A stretch of DNA of 39,890 nt from Cytophagales bacterium (GTDB taxonomy: Bacteria; Bacteroidota; Bacteroidia; Cytophagales; Spirosomataceae): positions 1 through 39,890 of the forward strand of contig JANPIG010000711.1 of the NCBI GenBank assembly GCA_031424875.1. Direction: 5' to 3'. This document shows positions 19,971 through 28,356 of this stretch, piece by piece (the stretch's first letter is position 1; each line of letters begins with the position of its first letter). The notes under the pieces are model-generated. The model saw only the letters and a program-made list of their open reading frames with translations. It had not been told where the DNA came from and made no database searches. A program made the translations under genes and the position numbers.

Positions 19971-20381
19971 ATGGAAATAACATATCAAACCGAACCAAAT
20001 TTAAGCGTAGCTGAGTTCCGAGACCTTTTAGTAAGAAGCACTCTCGGCGAAAGGAGACCCATTGACAATCTTGACCATTTAGAAAAAATGTGCAAAAATG
20101 CCGATATTATGCTCACAGCACGTTTTGAAGGAAAATTAGTGGGCGTATCTCGTTCATTATCTGACTTTGCTTTTGCTACTTATCTTTCTGATTTAGGCGT
20201 TGATGTTAAGTTTCAACATTTAGGAATTGGCAAAAGATTAATTGCCGAAACTAAGAAACTCGTTCCAGACGGAAAATTGATTTTATTGGCCGCCCCCACC
20301 GCCCGAGAATATTACCCAAAAATCGGCATGACCCACTTTGAGTATTCCTTTTATATTGACCATTTAGACGAATTGAAATAA
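19971..20381 (+). CDS. GNAT-family N-acetyltransferase
   Basis: YLSDLGV..FQHLGIGKRLI acetyl-CoA loop, YYPKIG; TAATG stop/start overlap with the next gene. Confidence 0.92.
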   Translation: MEITYQTEPNLSVAEFRDLLVRSTLGERRPIDNLDHLEKMCKNADIMLTARFEGKLVGVSRSLSDFAFATYLSDLGVDVKFQHLGIGKRLIAETKKLVPDGKLILLAAPTAREYYPKIGMTHFEYSFYIDHLDELK

Positions 20382-21031
20382 TGTTAAAAAAAACATCCCG
20401 CACCACACCCAGCCGTTACGCCAATCAGCGTATGAGCTATGATGAAGCCGTTGTATTCCCGATTTTGGATGAGGCTTTATTTTGTATCATTAGTTATTCA
20501 GTTGATAATCAACCATTTAGTATTCCAACGGCTTTTGTTCGGAAGGAAAACAAACTCTATATTCATGGTTCGGTGGGAAGTCATTTTTTGAGAGAAATTG
20601 AAAAAGGAATCCATGTTTGTATTTCGGTGATGCTTACGGATGCTTTGGTGGTGGCAAAATCTGCCTTTCATCATTCAGTCAATTATCGTTCGGTAGTGAT
20701 ATTTTCAAACGCTCAAAGAATTGATGATTATGAAGCAAAAGCCTTGTTTTTCAAGGAATTAACCGAGAAAATTGTTCCCAATAGTTGGGATTATTTACGC
20801 CCCATGAAATCAAAAGAAGTGGATAAAACGATGCTTTTAGTCTTTGATATTGTGGAGGCTTCGGCAAAGGTGCGTTCAGGAATGCCAAATGATGAAGAGG
20901 AAGACCAAGGTTTGCCAATTTGGTCGGGCTTAATTCCGGTGCCAAGTAATAGACTAACGCCCATTGCAGATGAATTGAGCGTAAATATTCCTTTGCCAGA
21001 ACATTTGAGTACCACAGGCTTTAGCCTGTAA
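20381..21031 (+). CDS. Pyridoxamine 5'-phosphate oxidase-like flavin-nucleotide-binding protein
   Basis: ILDEA, LYIHGS, KSAFHHSVNYRSVV, SAKVRSG.P.D, WSGLIP; a common partner of MocR regulators. Confidence 0.88.
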   Translation: MLKKTSRTTPSRYANQRMSYDEAVVFPILDEALFCIISYSVDNQPFSIPTAFVRKENKLYIHGSVGSHFLREIEKGIHVCISVMLTDALVVAKSAFHHSVNYRSVVIFSNAQRIDDYEAKALFFKELTEKIVPNSWDYLRPMKSKEVDKTMLLVFDIVEASAKVRSGMPNDEEEDQGLPIWSGLIPVPSNRLTPIADELSVNIPLPEHLSTTGFSL

Positions 21032-21065
21032 ATCAATCAAATTACAGGCTAAAGCCTGTGGTACT
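21008..21065. repeat. REP doublet (24-bp perfect inverted pair)
   Basis: AGTACCACAGGCTTTAGCCTGTAA / TTACAGGCTAAAGCCTGTGGTACT; each arm is internally palindromic. Confidence 0.8.
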
Positions 21066-21110
21066 TGAAATCTTGATCGTATATTTGTAAAAAAAATTCA
21101 CACTCAGAAA

Positions 21111-21620
21111 ATGCCCTTAATAAAACCAGTGAAAGGAATATTGCCTACTTTTGGAGACAATTGTTGGCTTGCGGAAAATGCTACGATTGTCGGCAATGTT
21201 ATGATGGGTGAAAACTGTACTGTTTGGTTTAATGCCGTGGTACGGGGCGATGTAAATTCTATTATTATCGGCAATAATACCAATATTCAAGATGGGGCAA
21301 TCATTCATTGTACTTACCAAAAAACCAAAACCATTATCGGAAATTATGTTTCTATTGCCCACAATGCCATCGTACACGGGTGCGAGATTGAGGATAAAGT
21401 GCTGGTGGGTATGGGAGCAATCATTATGGATGGAGCGGTGATAGAAACAGGCTCAATCATAGCCGCAGGGGCAATTGTTACACAAAACACTCGTGTACCC
21501 GCAGGTTCAATTTACGCAGGAAATCCTGCCAAATTATTGAAAATAGTATCGCCCGAAGCCTCAGAAGTTTTCATGAGGACGGCAAATAATTATGTAATGT
21601 ATTCAGAATGGTTTAGGTAG
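21111..21620 (+). CDS. Gamma carbonic anhydrase family (hexapeptide repeat) protein
   Basis: WFNAVVRGD, TNIQDGAIIH, IAHNAIVHGC (three His ligands), GNPAK; -7 element TATATTTG at 21080-21087. Confidence 0.93.
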   Translation: MPLIKPVKGILPTFGDNCWLAENATIVGNVMMGENCTVWFNAVVRGDVNSIIIGNNTNIQDGAIIHCTYQKTKTIIGNYVSIAHNAIVHGCEIEDKVLVGMGAIIMDGAVIETGSIIAAGAIVTQNTRVPAGSIYAGNPAKLLKIVSPEASEVFMRTANNYVMYSEWFR

Positions 21621-21621
21621 A

Positions 21622-21714
21622 GGAGGAAGGGAGATAGGAGGAAAAGGGGGAAGGAAAAAATGTACTAAAATTCCAACTTCTTCCATACTTTTTTCTTCCT
21701 ATCTCCCTTTCTCC
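21622..21714. repeat. Polypurine/polypyrimidine inverted repeat
   Basis: 24-nt arms 21622-21645 and 21691-21714 are complementary, with two G:U-compatible differences. Confidence 0.75.
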
Positions 21715-21737
21715 ATTTTTCCTTTTCTCCTCAAAGC

Positions 21738-22127
21738 ATGACAATATTCACAAAAATCGTTAATGGCGAAATCCCTTGCCACCAAATAGCCGAAGATGAA
21801 AACTTCTTGGCTTTCTTAGACATCACCCCTTTGGCAGACGGACACACGCTCGTGATTCCAAAAAAGGAGATTGATTATATCTTTGATTTGGAGGATAATT
21901 TACTTTCAGGATTGATACTTTTTGCCAAGAAAATCGCCCCTGCCATCGCACAGGCTTGTCCTTGTAGGCGAGTAGGCGTGTCTGTGATTGGCTTGGAGGT
22001 TCCTCACGCACACGTGCATTTGATTCCACTGAATTCGATGAATGATATTAATTTTACCAGAGAGAAAATGAATCCTTCGTCAGAGGAATTGAAGGTAATT
22101 GCGGGTAGAATTAGAGCTTTTTTATAG
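21738..22127 (+). CDS. HIT-family nucleotide hydrolase
   Basis: TIFTKIVNGEIP, AFLDI.P..GHTLVIPK, histidine triad HAHVH. Confidence 0.95.
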   Translation: MTIFTKIVNGEIPCHQIAEDENFLAFLDITPLADGHTLVIPKKEIDYIFDLEDNLLSGLILFAKKIAPAIAQACPCRRVGVSVIGLEVPHAHVHLIPLNSMNDINFTREKMNPSSEELKVIAGRIRAFL

Positions 22128-22279
22128 AAAGGCGGTCGGCTTTCAGCGGTCAGACTTCGGTAATTTTGACGAAATTTTTGAGGAGTTTTTTATAATTTTC
22201 TTCTTTGTTAATAAAAAGAACTGATTGTTCATTTTGAAAGCCAACAGCCAACAGCCGGTAGCCAAAAACCAAATAACAG

Positions 22280-22939
22280 ATGAAATTTTCAAAAGAAGAA
22301 TTATACGCCAAATTGAACGAAGTGCCTATTATGCCTTTGTTCAATCATCCCGATTTAGCTGTAAGCAAAGCAGTCGTAAAAGCGTGCTATGATGGGGGAA
22401 TCAAGGTATTTGAATATACTAATCGTGGCGAGGGCGCTGCTCTTATTTTTGCAGAATTGGTTAAATACATTCGCCAAGAAATGCCCGATATGGCTATTGG
22501 GATTGGTACAGTTTTCACGGCTGATGAAGCTGAATATTTTGTAAGTTTAGATACTGATTTTATCGTTCAACCGTGTTTGAATCCAGCCGTTGGTGAAGTT
22601 TGTAAACGACACAGTATGGCGTGGATGCCTGGAGTAATGACGATAAGCGAATTGTATCAAGCTCAACAATTGGGTTCTGATATTGCGAAGATTTTCCCTG
22701 CCAATGTGCTTGGAACGGCATTTATCAAAGCCCTTAAAGCCCCAATGCCTCATGCGAAAGTGATGGTTACGGGTGGCGTTGAACCCAACGAAGAGAATCT
22801 AAAAGGTTGGTTTGCAGCTGGTGTAACTGCCGTAGGAATGGGTTCACAATTATTTCCCAAAGCCATTTTAGAATCAGGAAATTTCAAGGAGATTGAGGAG
22901 ATGGTTAGGAAATGTGTAGCTATTGTGAAGGGTTTTTAA
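22280..22939 (+). CDS. eda: KDPG/KHG aldolase family protein
   Basis: GGIKVFEYTNR, GIGTV, PGVMT.SE, KIFPA, TGGV, GMGS. Confidence 0.85.
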   Translation: MKFSKEELYAKLNEVPIMPLFNHPDLAVSKAVVKACYDGGIKVFEYTNRGEGAALIFAELVKYIRQEMPDMAIGIGTVFTADEAEYFVSLDTDFIVQPCLNPAVGEVCKRHSMAWMPGVMTISELYQAQQLGSDIAKIFPANVLGTAFIKALKAPMPHAKVMVTGGVEPNEENLKGWFAAGVTAVGMGSQLFPKAILESGNFKEIEEMVRKCVAIVKGF

Positions 22940-23003
22940 ACCCTCAGGACGCTATGCCGCAAGGATTTTAATTTTCTCTTTGCGTCACAGCGTCTTGACG
23001 GTT
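22939..23003. terminator. Imperfect long hairpin between convergent eda and rhaT
   Basis: TCAGGACGCTATGCCGCAAGGA ... TCTTTGCGTCACAGCGTCTTGA. Confidence 0.6.
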
Positions 23004-23008
23004 CAAAA

Positions 23009-24082
23009 TTAAGCCTTTAACGAATTACCATATCCTACAATCAAAACCGACAAAATAATCGTTAGTATTCCTGCTGCAATCATTGTCATGGTTTTCTTCG
23101 AGACACCCTTCCATTCGTGCAAAACCAATCCCCATGAATTGGCGACTAAAATGATGAATGCCATGTGCAGAATCCAAGAACTTGCTCCGTTGCCCAATCT
23201 ACTTTCGCCCATTCCGTAAAAGAAAAATTGTAAGAACCACGTTGTTCCTGCAATGGCTGAAAATAAATAGTTTTTTAGTAAAGGCGTTTTTTCATTGGTA
23301 TAATCTCCGAAAGATTTGTTCTTGAAATTTAGATACATACACCATAAAAAATTGGTAGTAAGTCCACCCCAAAGGATAACAACATAAATCACATTATTTC
23401 TGTATAAAAACTCGCCTTGACCTACATTTTGAGCCATCCAGACATCATTGGCAAGCTTCGCCATGCTTGAACCAGCCTCAATTCCGAAGCTAAAACAGGC
23501 ACTCAAAACCCCCGAAATTACGGAGACAATCAAACCCGTTACTAAATTGAATTCTGAGTTTTCTTGAACTTGTCCCTTCAAATCTTTGTCTTTCATACCC
23601 CCTGCTTTACCGCAAATCACAATGCCCAAAACACAAACTGCCAAGCCCAATAATACTAATTGTCCCCAAGTATTTGTCATTAAATCGTGAATGGTGTCTT
23701 TGCCTGCCGTTGGATTGAAATTATAATAAACCGAAGGAATCAAAGAGCCAAAAACCGAACACAAACCCAAAATAATAGAACTGCCCAAAGAAACGCCCAA
23801 ATATCGAACCCCCAAACCGTAAGTTAATCCCCCAATTCCCCACAAAAGTCCCATCAAATATGTCCAAAAAATCACAGAGCCAGACGAATTAGCGATGATT
23901 GTAGAAAAACCTGGAATGGTCAAATAAGCGGCAATTGGAGGAACGATGAGCCAAGAAAATACCCCCCCAGTAATCCAATAACTCTCCCAAGACCAGCCCC
24001 TTACCTTTTTGTAAGGAATATAAAAACTACCCGATGCAAAACCACCGATAAAATGAAAAAGTACGCCAAAAATTGCTCCCAT
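23009..24082 (-). CDS. rhaT: L-rhamnose/proton symporter RhaT
   Basis: GGFASGSFYIPYKKV.GWSWESYW, WGIGGLTYGL..RYLG.SLG, WFLQFFFYGMG, SWILHM; about 10 TM segments; TAGATTTG at 24126-24133. Confidence 0.93.
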   Translation of the reverse strand: MGAIFGVLFHFIGGFASGSFYIPYKKVRGWSWESYWITGGVFSWLIVPPIAAYLTIPGFSTIIANSSGSVIFWTYLMGLLWGIGGLTYGLGVRYLGVSLGSSIILGLCSVFGSLIPSVYYNFNPTAGKDTIHDLMTNTWGQLVLLGLAVCVLGIVICGKAGGMKDKDLKGQVQENSEFNLVTGLIVSVISGVLSACFSFGIEAGSSMAKLANDVWMAQNVGQGEFLYRNNVIYVVILWGGLTTNFLWCMYLNFKNKSFGDYTNEKTPLLKNYLFSAIAGTTWFLQFFFYGMGESRLGNGASSWILHMAFIILVANSWGLVLHEWKGVSKKTMTMIAAGILTIILSVLIVGYGNSLKA

Positions 24083-24315
24083 GATGCTATTTAAATATGG
24101 TTAAATCTCGAAAAGTATGATATTACAAATCTACCGATTAATACGGGATTCATACACCTGTACTTACCTGTTTATTGGTGATTTGTGAGTGAGTGATTTA
24201 GTGATTTTAAAAATAGGAAAGACTAATTTTCCCAACAACGATAACCGAACATCGAACCGAGCGACGGTCGCATCGAAATCATGATTACTTTTGTAAGAAA
24301 TTTAACAAAATAATT

Positions 24316-25449
24316 ATGTCTTTTGAATCTCTTGGTTTATCGGAGTCGCTATTGAAAGCCATTGCTAAACAGCAATATCCCAATCCATTTCCTATCCAAC
24401 AACAAGCCATTCCTGCGATTTTGGCGGGGAAAGATATTCAAGGAATTGCTCAAACGGGTTCGGGGAAAACCGCCAGTTTTGTGTTACCCATTTTGGAGTT
24501 ATTTCAACGTAAAAAAGCCTCCAGAAGCCTCCATTTAAAGGTTTTGATATTAGTGCCAACCCGTGAATTAGCTCTACAAATCAGTGAAGTAATCTTTAAT
24601 TTTGCGGAAAATTTACCGTTAAAAGTAAAGAATCTTGCCGTTTTTGGTGGTGTGCCTTTAAACCAGCAAATGGTAAAACTGCGAGATACTGAAATATTAG
24701 TAGCAACTCCAGGGCGACTATTAGATTTGATTTCAACGCAATCTGTCAATTTAGGGAAAATCGAAATATTGGTGCTGGACGAAGCCGACAAAATGTTAGA
24801 CCTTGGTTTTCAGGATGAAATGACTCATCTTTTCAAACTAATGCCTCCGAAAAGGCAAAATATTTTATTCTCTGCCACGCTCGATACCAAATTAGAAATC
24901 ATCAAAGAAAACCTCCTCTGCGAACCCATAAAGATAGAAATTGAGCCAGAAGTTGATAATTTGGAATTGATAAAACAAACCGCCTATTTAGTAAGTCCCG
25001 AAAGAAAAGGTCCGCTGTTGAGACAGCTGATTCAAAGCCAAAATATGACTCAGGTTTTAGTCTTTGTGTCGTCCGTGAGAACGGCGGACAATTTGGTAGA
25101 TAAATTGAAGAAAAATGGAATAAATGCCCTTGCCATTCACAGTAAAAAGACCCAAGGAGCCAGAACGGAAGCCCTTAGAAACTTCAAAACTGGCAAAACG
25201 CCCGTATTGGTGGCAACTGATTTAGCTTCGAGAGGGATTGATATTCAGTTTTTGCCCTTCGTAATAAATTATGAATTACCCCGTTCACCCAAAGACTATA
25301 TTCATCGCATTGGCAGAACAGGCAGAGCCACCACATCAGGCGAAGCCATTTCATTAATTTGTCCAGAAGACGAACATCACTTTAAAATTATTCAGAAAAA
25401 GATGGGGAAGAAGGTGGAAATGATTGAGGCGGAGGTGGAAGTTTTTTAG
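24316..25449 (+). CDS. DEAD-box RNA helicase (RhlE-like, short)
   Basis: Q motif, AQTGSGKT, PTRELA, TPGRL, DEAD, SAT, HRIGRTGR; TACTTTTG at 24286-24293. Confidence 0.96.
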   Translation: MSFESLGLSESLLKAIAKQQYPNPFPIQQQAIPAILAGKDIQGIAQTGSGKTASFVLPILELFQRKKASRSLHLKVLILVPTRELALQISEVIFNFAENLPLKVKNLAVFGGVPLNQQMVKLRDTEILVATPGRLLDLISTQSVNLGKIEILVLDEADKMLDLGFQDEMTHLFKLMPPKRQNILFSATLDTKLEIIKENLLCEPIKIEIEPEVDNLELIKQTAYLVSPERKGPLLRQLIQSQNMTQVLVFVSSVRTADNLVDKLKKNGINALAIHSKKTQGARTEALRNFKTGKTPVLVATDLASRGIDIQFLPFVINYELPRSPKDYIHRIGRTGRATTSGEAISLICPEDEHHFKIIQKKMGKKVEMIEAEVEVF

Positions 25450-25452
25450 GAA

Positions 25453-25524
25453 ATTATCATTAAAAAAGATTGTAATCTAATATTATTATAATAATTTTAG
25501 ATTACAATCTTTTTTAATGATAAT
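25453..25524. repeat. 72-bp near-perfect palindrome abutting the ATPase start codon
   Basis: Base-by-base pairing about the 25488/25489 axis holds for 35 of 36 pairs; the only mismatch is T25481/T25496. Confidence 0.95.
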
Positions 25525-26649
25525 ATGATACCGAGACAATTATTTCCAATCTTAGCGGAAAGAGTGAAAAAAGGCAAAGTTTTAGTGCTTACTGGACCTC
25601 GACAAGTAGGCAAAACCACGTTATTGAAGGCTCTTCAAACTTCATTTACTGAAAAAACGCTTTGGCTTAATTGCGATGAACCTGATGTACGAAAATATTT
25701 AACAGAGGTAACCTCCACGCAATTAAATACGCTCATTGGTAATGCAGAAATAATCTTGATAGATGAGGCTCAACGAGTTAAGAATATTGGATTGACCTTG
25801 AAATTATTGATTGATAATTTCCCTGATAAGAAAGTTATTGTAACGGGTTCATCAGCATTGGAATTGTCGAATGAAGTGAATGAACCATTGACGGGTAGGA
25901 AATTTGAGTATAATCTATTGCCAATTTCAGTAAGTGAAATGGTAAATTATACGAATATTTTGGAAGAAAAACGCCTCATGGAACATCGTTTAATTTATGG
26001 AATGTATCCCGAAGTTATCCTGAATGTGGGCGACGAGGCGATAACACTCAGAAATATTTGCGATAGTTATTTGTACAAAGATATTTTTGCCTATCAAGAT
26101 GTCCGTAAATCAGAAGTCATTGCTTCTTTATTAGAGGCACTTGCTTTGCAGGTTGGTTCGGAAGTATCGTATCAAGAGTTGGCAATGTTGTTGAAAATTG
26201 ACCAAGCCACCGTTATTAGATACATTGATTTATTGGAAAAATCCTTTGTGGTCTTTCGTTTGAGGGCTTTGAGTAGAAATGTGAGAAACGAAATTGCCAA
26301 AAGTAGAAAAATATATTTTTATGATAATGGTATTCGCAACGCCTTAATTAAAAATTATCAGCCTCTATCCTTACGTTCAGACGTAGGAGCATTGTGGGAA
26401 AATTTCTTGGTAAGCGAGCGTAAAAAGTACCTCATTTACAACGAAAAGCAAGTAAATACCTTCTTTTGGCGAACTACTCAACAGCAAGAAATTGATTATA
26501 TTGAGGAATCATCTGGTATGTTTGATGCCTTTGAATTCAAATGGAGCGAACATAAAAAAGTAAAATTTCCGATTACTTTTACTAACAATTATCTTATTCA
26601 CGAAACGAGGTTGATTAATCCGAATAATTATTTGGAGTTTGTGGTGTAG
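25525..26649 (+). CDS. AAA_14 ATPase with DUF4143 (wHTH + PD-(D/E)xK-like) C-terminus
   Basis: Walker A GPRQVGKTT, Walker B ILIDEAQ, TGSS, LTGR, KIYFYDNG, GALWEN, EIDYI...AFEFK. Confidence 0.92.
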   Translation: MIPRQLFPILAERVKKGKVLVLTGPRQVGKTTLLKALQTSFTEKTLWLNCDEPDVRKYLTEVTSTQLNTLIGNAEIILIDEAQRVKNIGLTLKLLIDNFPDKKVIVTGSSALELSNEVNEPLTGRKFEYNLLPISVSEMVNYTNILEEKRLMEHRLIYGMYPEVILNVGDEAITLRNICDSYLYKDIFAYQDVRKSEVIASLLEALALQVGSEVSYQELAMLLKIDQATVIRYIDLLEKSFVVFRLRALSRNVRNEIAKSRKIYFYDNGIRNALIKNYQPLSLRSDVGALWENFLVSERKKYLIYNEKQVNTFFWRTTQQQEIDYIEESSGMFDAFEFKWSEHKKVKFPITFTNNYLIHETRLINPNNYLEFVV

Positions 26650-26823
26650 TGGTGAAAGAAAACGTTAATTACTAAATATATTTTTAAAAAATTCTTTCAA
26701 ATTATATTCTTGGTTTACTGATTTATCTGCATCATCAAGTAGGGTTGATTCTTCAATATTGAGATAACCGTTAGATAAATCTATTATAAGTTTATATAGG
26801 TAATCTTGAATAATTAAAATGTG

Positions 26824-28305
26824 CTAATTTAATGATAATATTTCAAAACTTCTTACACCCCAACATCCACCCGATGGATATCCCTCTGGAACGAAAATCA
26901 TAAAACTGTTATTTGTAGATTTATCAACTCCTATAATTGGTGATGCAAATCCTCCATAAATTATATAATTATCTGTTTCACGAATTGAAGTATTTGAAAT
27001 ATCAGTATCTATATCTTTCTCAAAATCAGACAATTGAGGAATATTTTCTTTATCTATTGGGGTAAAAGAAATTTTTATGTCAAAATGCTGATTTTTGTTA
27101 TTGTGTATATCACTATAAATGGTGGAATTATTTGCTATCCATTTAAGATGTGGGAATGAGTTTTCATCTATATCATCTTCTTTACCAATCCCAATATTTT
27201 CTAAAAAGTTTACCACTAATGGTAATACTGTTGTTTGAGTCTCTTTACTTACTTCTTCCATGTTTGTATATTCTCCAACAAACTCTCCTGCAACATAAAA
27301 ATATTTGAGAACTTCATAAGAATTATTAAAAAGATTGAATAAACAAAAGTTATACGTTTGCTTTCCATTGAAAAAAGTACCTGCCGATGACGTTTCAAAA
27401 ACAATAAATACATGATTATCAATAATTTTAAAATCCCCTTTATCAAAAGAACAGTATGTTTCAATCTCTTCATTTTTAATTATAAAAGTATTTTTTATAC
27501 TCCAACCACCTTTATTTTCTAAAATAGTAATCCTTAGTCGACTTTGAAAATCTTCTTGATTGTAAATAGTATCAAGACCGAAAATATGGAGTCTTCCCAA
27601 TATATAATATTTTAGTGTGTATTCTGATTTATAATGACAAACAAGTTGGAAAATATTACTTGCCTTATTAACTTCTTCTTCACTTTGTATAAAGTTGATT
27701 TGAGAGTTATTCAAAAATACATTTGGTAAATCCTTTTCTGTAAAATATGATTCAAAATTTATCGAATGACTAAGAATATCTGTCAAATTATATGGGTCTA
27801 ACGACTCTTTTTGAAGATTTGGAAGAAATCCAATAATTCTTTCAATAGCATCTATATCTAAACTCAAAACTTTTCTTTCAAGGTCTTTTATGCGGAATAG
27901 CTCAAATTCTATGCCTACATATTGGGTGCGTAGTTCCGCTAACTTTTGATGGATTTCAGGGTAAAGCCCCTTATAATTATCGTTGATAACAAAGTATATC
28001 TTTTTAATTTTTGAAATCCCATCCCAATATCCAACTAAACCATCAGCAGACTTTTGCAATTTATTTACAGCAGTAGAAATATTTTTTGCAAAGTCTTCTG
28101 GTGCATAACATTGATAATACTCGCCTGTGACGGAATCAAAGCCATCATTCTTTTTATCACCGAACGAACCTTGTGGTTTTACTGGCTGGAAACTCGTACT
28201 TACCTCCTCCATTGTTCTGATGAACAAGTCTTCAAATGCTTGTCCATCAGAACGTAGAGCTTTATTTATAAATAAAATCTGTGCAACTATCAATGAGCGG
28301 TTCAT
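26824..28305 (-). CDS. Restriction-endonuclease-fold protein resembling ABC-3C/Lamassu effector N-domains, fused to an unknown C-terminal domain; probably continues past TAG to 26665
   Basis: N-terminal G.AFEDLF...F..VKPQG.FGD.KNDGF....GEYYQCYAP motif; AT-rich. ATG 28305 is preferred because TATTTTTG (-7) overlaps the ORF-track TTG at 28330-28337. Confidence 0.65.
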   Translation of the reverse strand: MNRSLIVAQILFINKALRSDGQAFEDLFIRTMEEVSTSFQPVKPQGSFGDKKNDGFDSVTGEYYQCYAPEDFAKNISTAVNKLQKSADGLVGYWDGISKIKKIYFVINDNYKGLYPEIHQKLAELRTQYVGIEFELFRIKDLERKVLSLDIDAIERIIGFLPNLQKESLDPYNLTDILSHSINFESYFTEKDLPNVFLNNSQINFIQSEEEVNKASNIFQLVCHYKSEYTLKYYILGRLHIFGLDTIYNQEDFQSRLRITILENKGGWSIKNTFIIKNEEIETYCSFDKGDFKIIDNHVFIVFETSSAGTFFNGKQTYNFCLFNLFNNSYEVLKYFYVAGEFVGEYTNMEEVSKETQTTVLPLVVNFLENIGIGKEDDIDENSFPHLKWIANNSTIYSDIHNNKNQHFDIKISFTPIDKENIPQLSDFEKDIDTDISNTSIRETDNYIIYGGFASPIIGVDKSTNNSFMIFVPEGYPSGGCWGVRSFEILSLN

Positions 28306-28356
28306 ACTATTTATTACAATTGAGGAATACAAAAATATGCCAAAAATTCCATTTCC

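Noticed and set aside
19811-19972. 54-aa N-terminal extension of the MocR regulator in the ORF track
   Set aside because: It spans the operator, the divergent promoter and a periodic repeat, and overlaps the GNAT start. The HTH begins just after Met at 19810.
25450-28356. IS element or integrative element boundaries around the accessory block
   Set aside because: I found no transposase or integrase, terminal inverted repeats, target-site duplication or tRNA by eye.
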